A program made the position numbers and the translations under genes. The notes beneath the pieces are model-generated. The model did no database searches and was not told where the DNA came from. It saw nothing but the letters and a program-made list of their open reading frames with translations. This document shows, in pieces, positions 49,889-62,480 of a stretch of 64,000 nucleotides of DNA. Numbering within the stretch: the stretch's first letter is position 1; each line of letters begins with the position of its first letter. The stretch comes from Hypanus sabinus (Eukaryota): assembly GCF_030144855.1 (NCBI RefSeq), contig NC_082736.1, positions 7,564,001-7,628,000 of the forward strand, given 5' to 3'.

Positions 49889-51114
49889 TAGTGGTCGCTA
49901 ACCCGTCGATCGCGATCGACTGGTCGATTTTTTGAGACTTTCCCAGTAGATCCCAAAAAACAAAGAAAAATAAATACACAAATACTGTTGAGAGTTTGTT
50001 TCCGGGTTGCTGGGTTTTAGTTCCATTCTTTCTGCTCAGTGCGCATGCACATAGCTCCCCCGCATGACACAGTGTACTTCAGTGGTCCCCAACCACCGGG
50101 CCGTGAGGAAACAATATGAGTCAGCTGCACCTTCCCTCAGTCCCTGTCACACTGACTTTTGAACTTGAACTCACGTGAGGTCATCAGTCGCCTAAATGCA
50201 GTGACACCCTCGCGCCAGTGTTCGCCTTGCGCGGCTGGTGGGAAGCGCCGATGCGGCTGGCCCAGAGCATAGCCAGCGAGAATCGCCGATGCTATTGGCC
50301 TGGAGCGCGGACAGATGGGAACCGCCTCTAAACCTGTTTAGCACACCGAATGTTCGTGGGGAACCCGGTGCTAAAATATTAGCAGACAACCTAATTTGGG
50401 CTCAAGGTTTCGTATGTATCAGAACAGCTACCTCGCTGCGATCTACTGAAACAAATTTTTGTCGGCCAATAGATCCTACAAGGGGGGCGAGCGCGGGCCT
50501 GTCGCTCTCCTCACTCGGTCGGTCGCTCTGTTCTAACTGTGACCGCCGCGTCCCCGGCACGAGGACCTCTGGCCCTGAACTTGTCCTCTCACCCCACCCG
50601 CGACCAGATGCACCTGGCCAGGGCGTCTGGCAGCGGGAGGGCAGAGGCTGGAGTTCGGGCCCGGAGGCTGTCTAATGAGGCAATGAAGCCCTCAAAACTG
50701 CTTCGGTACCCTGAGTCCAAGCACCCTGCACTTAAACCTGAACCGGCTGAGTTTTATTAGAGGAAAAAAACGTGAGCAGCGCGGGACAGCAGCTTAATGC
50801 CGAGAGACGCAAAAACTAAATTGATGGATGGACTGGACATAAGGAACTTGCTTCATTCCCGTCATCCCGACCCGTCCACCTCCCCCCGTCGGCCGGTCCG
50901 CAAGAATATTGTCAATATTAAACTGGTCTGCGGGGTAAGAAAGGGTGGGCACCCCTGGTGTTTATGGATTATTTCTACATCCGGGTTGTGGGGTATTACT
51001 TCCAGTCTTTCTGCCCCGGTGCACCTGCGTGTATCTAATCAATTTGGAGTTGATCTTGCCTTTCACTCAGGCCGAGTTAGGGGATCTTGGGCTTAAAAAC
51101 GTTGATGACCACTA
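49889..51114 (+). mobile_element. Non-autonomous hAT element (outer)
   Basis: Terminal inverted repeats TAGTGGTCGCTAAC...GTTGATGACCACTA; subterminal (TCGATC)-type repeats; no TSD. Confidence 0.65.
50080..50957 (+). mobile_element. Nested hAT Charlie/Buster-like derivative with a transposase BED-finger fragment
   Basis: CAGTGGTCCCCAACC...GGGTGGGCACCCCTG ends; LSNEAMKPSKLLRY.ESKHPALK matches the ZBED5/Buster-type motif; degenerate TSD GTGTACTT/GTGTTTAT. Confidence 0.75.
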
Positions 51115-52220
51115 CTTTAGGGGATTATCCTGCCTGTCAAATGTGTTGAAATTGCTTGAAGAAATAAGCAGGATCGACAAAGAGAATCACTGGATGGGTG
51201 TGCCTTGTGCAATTGGATTTTTAGAAGGCCTTTGACAAGGTGCCACACATGAGGCTGCTTAAATTAAGAGCCTATGACACAGGAAAGTTACGAGCATGGA
51301 TTACAACTTGGCTGATTGGCAGGAAGCAAAGAGTGGCATAAAGGGAGCCTTTTCTGGTTGACACAATGACTAATGGCATTTTATGTTATAGTATATTTCA
51401 ATGATTTGGATAACAGAAATGATGGCTTCGGGCCATTTTCAGTTCAAAATAGGTCGGGAGAAGACAGTGCCGAGGAAGCAGAGAGGCTACAGAAGGGCTT
51501 AGACAGATTGTGAGAATAGGCATAGATCCGGCAGGTGGATTACCATGTTGAGAAGTTTATGGTCATGGACATTGGTATAAAAATAAAAGGATAGACAATT
51601 GCTCTAAGGGGAAAGAAAAATGAAAATCTGATGTGCAAAGGAACTTTGTAGCAGAGTAGGTTCCTTGAGGTTCGTTTGTACTGTGAGCAATTCGGGCCCC
51701 TTATCTAAGAAAGGTACTCTGACATTGGAGAGGGTTCTGAGGAAGTTCACGAGAATGATTCCCGGATTGAAGGGTTATCATATGAAGACCATTTGATTAT
51801 GCTGGGCCTGAACTGACTGGAATTTATAAGGATGAGAAGGGATTGCTTTGAAACCTGTTGAATGTTGAACGGCCATGGTAGAGTGGATCTGAAGAGGATG
51901 TTTTCTATAGAGGGGGAGTCTAGGGACAGAGGGCACAGCCTCTGACTAGAGGGACGTCCATTTAAATGGAGATGAGGAGGAATTTATTTATCCAGAGAGT
52001 GGTTAATCTGTGGAATTCCATGCCAAAGGCAGCTGTAGAGGCTGACATTGGGTATATTTAAGGTAGAGGTTGATACATTGTTGGTTTGTCAGGGCATGAT
52101 GGGTTAAGGGGACATCAGGATATTGGGGCTGAGAGGGAAATGGATCAGCCATGATGAAATGGAAGTACTGTCTTAATGGGCCAGAGGGTCAAACTCTGCT
52201 CCTATATTTTATGGTCTTAC
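51115..52220 (+). mobile_element. Decayed CR1 LINE 3' half
   Basis: SCLSNVLKLLEEI, DF.KAFDKVPH-like sequence and a CR1 3' UTR similar to 22700-22930. Confidence 0.75.
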
Positions 52221-52592
52221 ATCAGATTGGTTCCATCCCAAACAACCTCCCAGTAAACCTGCTCCACACTGTCAGGGAGGTTCATTCCTGTTCCCTGGGA
52301 TTGGCAGGGGATGGGGACCAGAGCCCCAGGTCACCCATTCCAGTGATAATTTTCTTTCCACAGTGTGTCGACCAGACCTGTAGACGGTACGCCAGCAGTG
52401 TGAAACCCCACATGTTATCAGGCTGGTGCCTAAAACGTCTTTTATCTATTAACTCTTTATTTTCTGCCATTAATACCCGCAATATCTCCAAAACTCACTG
52501 TGCCTTACCAATGTAGTTAAAATTCTCAGCAATCAGTCTGTTCATATTAAACGTCTCAGCATTAGTTTTCAAATCTCTCCAGCTTTATATCT

Positions 52593-52736
52593 CACAAAAT
52601 GCTGGAGGACTCAGCAGGCCAGGCAGCATCTATGGAAAAAAAAGTACAGTGGAAGACCCGGTCCGAGACCCTTCAGCCCGATACATGCTTTCCCATACAT
52701 GCTGTCTGGCCTGCTGAGTTCCTCCAGCATTTTGTG
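52593..52736. repeat. Penelope terminal-repeat fold-back (arms ~45 bp)
   Basis: CACAAAATGCTGGAGGACTCAGCAGGCCAGGCAGCATCTATGG versus CCATACATGCTGTCTGGCCTGCTGAGTTCCTCCAGCATTTTGTG. Confidence 0.8.
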
Positions 52737-53566
52737 TGTGTAGTTCAGATTTCCAGCATCTGCAGATTCCCTCGGTTGTTGCATGTTGCACTCTGTCTGT
52801 GACTCGTTTCCTCGGCAACGGATGCGGGAGAGGGAGGGGGATCGCCCTGGTCCCGGGGGTGGCGTTGAGGCTTCCTTCCCCCCCACCCCCAGCGGGGTGG
52901 CAGGGACCGAACTGAAATGGGGTCGGTCTGTACTGACTGCCCTTTGGAAGAATGAGAGGGGATGGAATGGGCTTCTCCATTCCCTGCCTGTTCCTGCCTG
53001 ACTAAACACCTCTTCAACATTACCAGTGTATCAGCTTGAACCTTTCCCTGGCAGCCAACAGTCTCTGAGAAAAATAGAAACTCACCTGCTCAATCTATTT
53101 GAACCAATCCCTCTCCCACTTTTAAATTGAAGCTCTGCACTTGAGTATTTGACATTTGCTGCCTGTGTAAAAGACTCTTGTCCGCCTTATCTATTTTAAA
53201 GGTCTCTGCTAGCCCTTTGAAACAAGAGAGATAAAGTGAGATTGAACAAACACAGTTTGTAAACAATCTGTGTTTCTACATCCTCACCTTATAACTGAAA
53301 CTGTCGTTCCTGAGATGTGGCAACCAGCTCGGATCACAAGATTTTAAAATGTTTCTAATGTGTCTGCCACAATCACCGGCAGTTTGTTCAAAATACATAC
53401 CACACTCTGCCCATTATGTCTGATCTGAAACACCTACCTTCTTGTTTTTACCAGCCATTTCCTGTGAAAAAAACAGTGTTTTTACCCTGTCTGTGCTCCC
53501 CATGATCTCCATACCTCTACTGGGATCACCTCTGAATCTGCTCTGCTCCAGGGAATAAAATACTAG

Positions 53567-53859
53567 TGTTACGAACTCCGTAACTGGGTATCTTACCAGC
53601 AAAGATAGGAGTATCCGTTGCAGTCTGATGATACTAGATTTAACAGTATTTATTAGTAAAAAAACACAAAAATAATATCAATGCAAATATACAGATAATA
53701 TATGTCATCAATACTAAACCTAAAATTGTGGGTATAATAATAATCAATAAGAAATAAGCTCTATCGTTGTCTAGGGGATAATGAATTGTCCGATGGAAAT
53801 ATAAAGTTCAGTTCAGTTCATGCAGGCTGTGGTGGTTTATTGGTCACTATGTTGCAATT

Positions 53860-53895
<36 letters not shown>

Positions 53896-54431
53896 GCTAT
53901 TGACCTGCCGACCTTCCTTTTCGATCTTGATCCGTCGATGCGTTGTTGTTGTGGCCATTCACTTATGACCCCTCTGTCCTTTAGCGAGACCATTCTTCCG
54001 TCACGGACTCGTCACACAGGCAAGGGTGGACACACACACAAGCCCCCACTGGTCTCGTAGTGTCTCTCCTGCTGCGTCTGAGGGGTGTTTCCCCAGACCT
54101 TACTTTTATCCCCACTCACGGGGTCTCAGGTGTCAATCAGGTTGGGATGATACAACCCATCAACCAGAACACTCTGGTTGCCCCCTGAGGAGTTTCAATG
54201 AATAGAACAGTACTCAATACACAATCCTTCTCCAAGAGACAATAGCAGTAATCAGTGGTTCCGTTCCGCTTTTGTTAGGAGACATTCCACTTTTGTGAAT
54301 CTCTGCGTTGTCACTCTCTCATTTCCTTGGTATCAGACCCAAAATAGTAGCGATTTTGTGATTCTCAAAAAGAGGGGGGGGGGGCGACTTTGCACCCTTC
54401 TGCTCATGAGAGTTGCTCCTCATTCGTAACA
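53567..54431 (-). mobile_element. Solo LTR (865 bp)
   Basis: TGTTACGAA...TTCGTAACA termini, 4-bp TSD CTAG on both sides, internal (GA)n. Strand inferred from minus-strand AATAAA and GATAAAA motifs. Confidence 0.85.
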
Positions 54432-54435
54432 CTAG

Positions 54436-57400
54436 TCCATACAACCTGTCTTTCTAACTCTGACTCCCCAGGTCTAAGCAACCATCTGATATTTATTTTT
54501 TTCTGTGCACTCTTTCTAGTTTAGGAACATCTTTGCTTTAATAGGGTGATCAAAACGATAGTCAGTATCCCCAGTCCATCCTCACCAAAGACCTGTATAT
54601 CTACAACGTATCTTCTCAACTCTTATACTCTGTGCCATGAATGATGAAGGACAGCAGGTCATACAACACCAACTTCACCACTGTTATCTCCTTGAGGTGT
54701 CAGATCCGGTGAACTATGATTCACATGGATATTGTTTATATAAATTACGAACAACAAAGGTCCCGGTGTGCAGTGCAACACCACTTGACAGAGACCTCCA
54801 GTCTGAGGTATAACCATCAACCCACCAGCCTCTGCCTCCTGATACTAAGGCAATTATGAAACCAATCAATTATCTCCCTTGGATTCCATCTCTCAGAACT
54901 AACCTCCCAGACCAGAGTCAAAGGTCTGGCTAATGTCCAGATAGACAACACTCACAACCCTAACCTCATCTACGCACTTGTGAAATTCCTGAAAGAGTTG
55001 CAAGATATTTGTGAGACATGATTTCCCTTGCACAAAACTGTGCTGACTGTCCTGAATCAGACCAAATGTTGGTAGATCCTGTTCCTCAGAAATCACTCCA
55101 GTATATTCCCCAACACTGATATCCTGCCTGTAGTTTCCTGACTAGTTTCCACTACCCTTTTTAAACAATGGCACAGCATTAAACCAAAAGACCTAAAGTC
55201 ATTGGAGCAGGATTGGGTCTTTTGGCTCATCCAGCCTGTTCCATCATTCCATCATGCCTGATTTATTATCCATCCCAACCCCATTCTCCGAACTTCTCCC
55301 CGTAAACTTTGATGCCATTAATAATAATTAAATCCCACTAACATCTGCTTTAAATAGACCTACCGACTGCCTTCATGGCCACCTGTGCCAAAAGAAACCC
55401 ATCGATAAAGAAATTACTCATCTCTATTCTAGAGGGGCATCTTTGTATTGAGGGTGTGGTCTGGTTCTAGACTCTTCCATTATTGGAAACATCCTCTCAT
55501 ATCAACACTACCTAGGCCTTTCAACATTCAATGTGTTTCTATACGATGCTCCCTCATTCTTCTAGACTCCAGTGAGTACCTGCCCAGATCATCAAATGAT
55601 GGTTGTATCCTAACTCTTTCAGACTTGGGATCATTCTCGTGAATTTCCTCTGCAGCCTCTGCAATGTCAGCACAGCCTTTCTTAGAAAATTGACCCAAAC
55701 CTGCTCATGATACTTCAGCATTAGATGCTTGCTTTTATATTCTAGTTCTCTTGGAATGAATACATATATTGCATTTGCCTTCCTTACTACCATCTAAACG
55801 TGCACATTAACCTTTAGGGAATCCTGCACTAGTACCCCCAAAGTCCCTTTACATGTCTGATTTCTGTTCTCTCCCTGATTAGATGGAGTTTATGCCTTTA
55901 TTCCTCCTCCCAGAGGATATGGCCACACACTTCCTTACACTCTATATTGTCTGGCACTTCTTTGTCCATTCTATAAATCTGTCCAAGTGCTACTGCAGAC
56001 TCCTTGCTTCCATAACACTGCCTGCCGCTCATTCTGTTTTTGATTTATCCACAGACTTGGCCTCAAAACTGTCAATTCCACATTAAGCACTCTCCAATCA
56101 CGTGTAACCTCAAATGGTGCCTGTGATGAAGCAACAATTTCTCCCGTGGCCTCCACAGTGTATTCTCTAACTTCTCACAAAATATAAGAATGTACCTGAT
56201 ATGGCCCTGGAGATTCAACAGCCTTAATGCATCTTAAGGTTTCCAATATAGATCCCTGCTAATTTGAATGTGGTGTAAAAAATCACAGCTGATTCCTGCC
56301 ATTTTGGTAACTCCATCACTTTCCATAATTTTCTCAATGGTGAAATAAACGTCAGAAACATTCATGGAAAGCCTCTCCCATTTCCTTCACTTCCACACAC
56401 AGATGGCCATCCTCATCTCCAAGCGGAACAATTCTGTCCAAATTCCCTTTTCCTCTGAATGTACCGAGAGAATCTCAGGGGATTTTACTCGCTTTTCCTT
56501 CCAATTCTTGATATATCATCCTTTTACACGCCTAATTTTTATGAGAGATCGTATGTCTAATAATATTCTGGAACAATTTCCTGAGCATTGATCCAAGCCT
56601 CATCAGTCAGTAATTTCCTGGTTTGACTCTATTGCCTGAGGAACAACATGCCCTGGAATATCAGCGTGTTGTGAGAGTCACATGTCAAATATGTTTGGAC
56701 AAATCACATTCCACTCTCTTCAGTTCCTGTCCAACACAGTTGCCTTTCGCTATAATCCCGATTGACCACATAACCACTGTGTCCAGTCTTGTGCTTATTT
56801 ACTTTTCCCTGAATGAAACTTTTCTCAATGGCCAGGCTCAATTCCCAACACAATGTCTCCTATGACCACCTTCCCTGGTTAGACTATCCACTTCTATGTT
56901 AAAAAACATCCCAGTATTCTTCCAACATATGCAGTGATATCTAAGCCCTTGAGTCTAAGGGAGTCCCAGTCAACATTGGGGAAACTAGTCGCCCTCTGCA
57001 ACAAACCTGTTGCCTTTGCATCTTTCATTCCCTGCTACATTTCAGTTTCTTTACCTGCTGCTGGCATTTGGGAGGCCTGTAGCACAACTCCATCAGTGAA
57101 TGCACCTCTCTTATCCTGAGCTCTATTCACACCATCTCACTGGATGAAGCCTCCAGTGTGTTCTCTCTTAGTCCCTCACCAACAATTCCATGTAAAGGCT
57201 GATCTGCCATCAGACTCCTCCTGTATGTCGATCCCACTCCCCTGATTTTACAAACAGTTATCCTCGTTCTCTTTAAATCTTTTTGGTCATCCAGCATCTC
57301 CATTCCTCTCAGGGTATTCTAGTATTTGTTGCAGAGTGCTTTGTTGGTGGTAGAGTGGGCAGTGAAGATTCTTTGAGAGTACAACGTGATTGAGATGACC

Positions 57401-59080
57401 TGGGGAAGTCAGCCAAAGAATGACAGATGAATGTTGATGTGGACAAGGGTGAGCTCCTGCATTTTGAGAAGTCCAACCAGGGAAGGAGCTGCACAAAAAA
57501 TTCTTGTTCCTTGGAGAGTATTGCAGAGACAGCATCCATGGAATACAGGAACAACATTCACTGGAAGTGACAACACAGGTAGTCAGGATGGTGAAGATGA
57601 TGTTTGGCCTATTTATCTTCATTGGTCAGGGAACCAATCTTCATTGTTACAGATTTGGGATGTCATCATCAAAGTGAGATTGCACTGTATTGTGCACAGT
57701 TCTAGTCACCCAGCTACAGGAAGGATGTCATGAAGCTGGAAAGTGTGGAGGGAGGTTTGATGAGGGTGTTACTGACACTGGAGGATTTGAATTATCAGCA
57801 GAAGTTTGGACAGACTGGGACACTCTTTCTCACCAGAGAGATTAAGGAACTGTCTGGTGACCATCCAAAGGTTTACAAAATCAGTAGGCAATCACTCTTT
57901 TTGTCAGGGTAGGGAAGCATACATTTACAAGACAATTGTTTAAGGTGAAGGGGAAACATTTAAAGGCTACTTGACAGGTGGGGGGGATGTTGCATGTTTG
58001 ATTAAGGAGACCAACACAACAGTAATTAGTGAGGGATATGATGAGGTCTTGTAAGTAGAGGTTTTAAATAGAATGATGAATGGTGATTTTGATGGGATTA
58101 CACTGCTGGCCTCCCAATAGGCTCAGGTATTGTGGAGCAGACATGTTGGTAAATCACACAGAGGTGTAATGGGAACAGGCTTACAGCAGCCGGGCATTTT
58201 GACTTCCCCTGCATTAACCAGATTACCTTTGTATGAAAAGCTTGAGTTTCCAGGAGTAATTTGGCAGATGCAGGATCAGTTCATCCCTCAGCAGAAACAA
58301 TATTTGAAAGGGAGAATGAGGCAACCATCACCAACAACGGAAGACAAAGGCAGCATAAAGGAACATGAGAGAGCAGAGAATATCACAAAAGTTAGTGGGA
58401 AGCTAAAGGATTAGTGGACTTAAAAAGAACAGAAGGTAACTAAATAGCAATATGGAGAGAACAGATGAATTATTAATGTGACTGACCAATAGTATAAAGG
58501 GGAATAAGGATTTCGTTCAGATATTTAAAGAGTAAAAGAGGCGAGAATGGATCAGGTTTCCCATTCTCACCTTCAGAATCACATCCCTCCCTGAGCCTCT
58601 TTTACACTGTTTAGTTTATTCTGTATTTCTTATTTAACCCGGCAATCTTGAACATTTAGTGAAGAGGGCCACAGCGTGGCAAATGCATTTCAATACAGAT
58701 AAATGTGAGACAGTGCACACTGCAAAGTGATACTAGTGCAGAACTTACACTGTGAATGGTCGGTCATTAGGGAGTGTAATGGGCCGGAGAGATTTAGGGG
58801 TAAATCTCTCACACACAGTTCATTGAAAGTGGTGTCACTGGCAGACAGGGTGGTGAAGAACGGGGTTTAACATGCTGATCTTCATTAGTCAGGGGACTGA
58901 GTATATCAGTTGGGACATTGTGTTACAGTTGTGTAAGTGACTGGAGGCCACACTTGTATTGTGTACAGCTCTTGTCACCGTTATAGGAAAGGTGGTTAAA
59001 CTGGGGAGAGAGTAGAAAAAAATTCCAAGGATGTTTCCCGGACCTGAGGTTCTCAGTTACACAGAGAGGTTGGTCAGACA
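54436..59080. mobile_element. Patchwork of old CR1 fragments on both strands
   Basis: SQHSFVQGKSCLTNIL, VVRKANA..FIPRELEYKSK and similar motifs; heavily decayed. Confidence 0.6.
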
Positions 59081-59292
59081 ATGTCCGTTGTCCTTTATTC
59101 CTTGGAACCAGAATCATTTATCACCGTGTTATATGACAAGGAATCTGTCATTTTATTTTGACGGCAGTACAATGCGATGAAGGTGCAGATGTGAACATTG
59201 TGTCAGCATAACGCCAAGAGATTCTGGGAATCGCGAACAACGCGGACAAAATGCTGGAGGAACCCAGCAAGTCCGGCAGCATCTCCCACCAG

Positions 59293-59328
59293 AGTCCTGA
59301 GGAAGGGTCTCAGCCCGAAATGTCGGCT
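59293..59328 (+). ncRNA. Minimal type-I hammerhead ribozyme motif within a Penelope fold-back (59246-59376)
   Basis: AGTC-CTGAGGA-A-GGG(TCTCAG)CCC-GAAA-TGTC-GGCT: complete core, stem II, 4-bp stem I and a loopless stem III; predicted cut after C59324. Confidence 0.6.
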
Positions 59329-59438
59329 GTTTATTCCCACCATTGATGCTGCCTGACTTGCTGATTTCCGTCAGCAGTGAGTGTGTATTGTGTCAGAGAG
59401 AGTGAGTTAAAGGAGCGGGCGGCTTAGACCAGTGTCAC

Positions 59439-59940
59439 TGTGTTTGTGAGTCCTAACACATCGTAGGATTTCTCAGCGCCTCCTGTAGAAAATGAAAAGA
59501 TTTCTCTGTTATGGAAGCGCCCCACTCCCCAGATCATTCCCGAAGAGGGAATTAACCGCAAAGTTTTAATTCGATTAAATATTTCAGCCATAAAACAGAG
59601 AACAGGTCAATGATAGGGAGAGAGATCGCGGGCAATGCAGTAAAGAAACGGGTTAAAATAGAAAGCGCTGCCTTTAATCCCGATTAAACTTTCTTTCCAG
59701 CGAACATTCCGGCCTCAGGGACGGACAGGTACTAGTCCGAGTCTCCGCAGCGTCCGATTTGAATTGGAATCAGCGAGTTTTTGAGGAGAGAGAAACACAG
59801 AAAAATGAAGCCGCCGGGAGCTGACAGCAGGATGTCTCCGCCCCGTCCGCTCGCTGCCTTTAAATGGCTCTGTGCCGCCGCCTTTCGCTTCATTTCTCAT
59901 TCAGTTCTGATTGTGAGAAGGATTTACCAGAGTCGCCGAC
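59439..59940 (+). promoter_or_regulatory. Histone H1 promoter: TG box TGTGTTT (59439), H1/AC box AAACACA (59793), GC box (~59838), TTTAAAT (59859)
   Basis: Motifs read directly; the TG and AC boxes are reverse complements 354 bp apart. Confidence 0.8.
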
Positions 59941-60588
59941 ATGACCGAGACAGCACCCGCCGAAACGGCTCCTCCAGCCGCACCCGCCGCCGCAAAGAAG
60001 ACTCCCAAGAAGAAGGCGGCTGTCCGGAGTAAACCAACAGGTCCCTCGCTGGGCGAACAGATCGATAAGATCGTGGCGGGTTGTCACGATAGGAAGGGTA
60101 TGTCCGGTGCGGCAATCATGAAGGCTCTGGCCGACAGCGGTGTCGATGTGGCGAAACGTCGCCACCAGGTCAAAATGAGCATCAAGAGGAAAGTGGAAAG
60201 CGGCTCCTTGGTTCAGGCCAAGGGCTCGGGTATTTCGGGATCCTTTAAATCCGGTAAAGGGAAAACTGCCGTGAAGGTGGTGAAGAAAGCGAACAAGCCA
60301 GCGGCAAAGAAATCTCCCAGCAAGAAGCTTGGCGCCAAGAAACCAGCGGCTAAAAAAGCGGGAGGTAAGAAACCAGCGGCTAAAAAAGCGGGAGGTAAGA
60401 AACCAGCGGCTAAGAAAGCGGCAACAAAGAAACCCGCAGCTAAAAAAGCGGGAGGTAAGAAACCCGCGGCTAAGAAAGCGGCGCCGAAGCCCAAGAGCCC
60501 CAAGAAAGCCGCAGCCCCGAACACGAAGGCGGCCAAGAAGCCGAAGTCGAAATCCGCGAAACCCAAGAAGACAGCAGTCAAAAAGTGA
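59941..60588 (+). CDS. H1: Linker histone H1 (stem-loop type), 215 aa
   Basis: MTETAPA... N-tail, globular domain ending LVQAKGSGISGSFK, Lys/Ala/Pro-rich C-tail. Confidence 0.96.
   Translation: MTETAPAETAPPAAPAAAKKTPKKKAAVRSKPTGPSLGEQIDKIVAGCHDRKGMSGAAIMKALADSGVDVAKRRHQVKMSIKRKVESGSLVQAKGSGISGSFKSGKGKTAVKVVKKANKPAAKKSPSKKLGAKKPAAKKAGGKKPAAKKAGGKKPAAKKAATKKPAAKKAGGKKPAAKKAAPKPKSPKKAAAPNTKAAKKPKSKSAKPKKTAVKK
60337..60486 (+). repeat. Five 30-bp coding tandem repeats (KKPAAKKAxx) in the H1 C-tail
   Basis: AAGAAACCAGCGGCTAAAAAAGCGGGAGGT unit and variants. Confidence 0.9.
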
Positions 60589-60625
60589 ATTGAGAATCCA
60601 CCATTTGTGTGTATCTGAACCCAAC

Positions 60626-60664
60626 GGCTCTTCTCAGAGCCACCCACATCTCAGAAAAGAGCTG
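60626..60664 (+). terminator. Histone 3' stem-loop and downstream element (H1)
   Basis: GGCTCTTCTCAGAGCC (60626-60641), ACCCA, then GAAAAGAGCTG. Confidence 0.95.
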
Positions 60665-61390
60665 ATTCGGAGTGTTGTGATTCCCGCGCCGGGTCCGATT
60701 GAGAACTTCTCAATGGAACCCGAGATTGCCGGTACCTCTGACATTTGGTGCGGTGTCTGAAATGAGACACGGATGCCCGAGCTGAGATTGAGAGATAAGG
60801 GATGTGGGCAGTTTCAGGCCCAATTCCTTCTCCGATCTGGGCGAGAGTGACCGACATTGACGCCAGCGGAGATTCAGCTGAGTTGATTGGGAACTGCTGA
60901 AACCTACGCGAGAGGGGAGGGGGCGTGTTGAGAGAGGGATCCGTCTCTGGGACGGACTGCAGCGGGAGGCTATATGATAAACTACCCTGTGGCATTGCCG
61001 ACTGACCTTCATGCAGGCCCCAGCTACAAAACGACATTGTTAATTTACACAAAACACCAATATCAAAAATGTACAAGAGCGAAATCTAATCTTAAAAATC
61101 ACTATTTCCTGGCGGTCACCGCCCCCTGAATTCCCCCACTGTACCCCTCGAGTCGGCATGCTTCACTCCAAGCACAGCGGACACGAACGTATCCCCATGT
61201 CCAAAGCAAACAAAACGGTAACAGCCGCACCAGCCGTACACGACAGGTTTGTGGGAGAAGTGAAGGGCCAGATGAGACCCTGACAGGAAGTTCATCTCCT
61301 GTCCCTCGCTAAACTACCCTGGTAGCACGGGACAATTAGTGCAAAATCGATCGGCAGGACAGGTCGCTACTACAATAATGATGAGCAAGC

Positions 61391-61433
61391 TACAGCCCTT
61401 TCCTTTGCCGTGGTAGTGGCTCTTAAAAGAGCC
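61391..61433 (-). terminator. Histone 3' stem-loop and downstream element (H3)
   Basis: Minus strand GGCTCTTTTAAGAGCC (61433-61418), then GGAAAGGGCTGTA. Confidence 0.95.
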
Positions 61434-61462
61434 TTTTCTGGTGTTTGGTGTGTAGGCTGGGC

Positions 61463-62165
<703 letters not shown>

Positions 62166-62480
62166 CAGAGCATCAGCCTGATAACTTCTTATTTACAATT
62201 AATTCTATCACGGATCATGTACTTTCAGTTTCATTTAATATCTAATTCCCTCAGTTAAGATTTGAATGCATGATTACGGAATCGACTCTCAAAACGAGTG
62301 AACTGATTTCTGTCCGAGATGGACAGAATGATTAAGATCGATATAAATGCATCCAGCATTCACGGTAATCACCGCCTGGAAAGGCACAATCGCAGCTATA
62401 TATATTTCAAGCGGAATGATTAATCTCTTTCAAAAGTAGCTCAGCCAAATATATCGATAAAATTAATTAAAAGGTTGTGG

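Noticed and set aside
60337-60486. Regularly spaced repeats (also 63094-63214) as a CRISPR-like array
   Set aside because: Head-to-tail tandem units without unique spacers, in eukaryotic DNA with no cas genes.
60698-60714. ATTGAGAA-C-TTCTCAAT palindrome downstream of H1
   Set aside because: An 8-bp arm is plausible by chance in 64 kb, and the spacing does not fit a heat-shock element.
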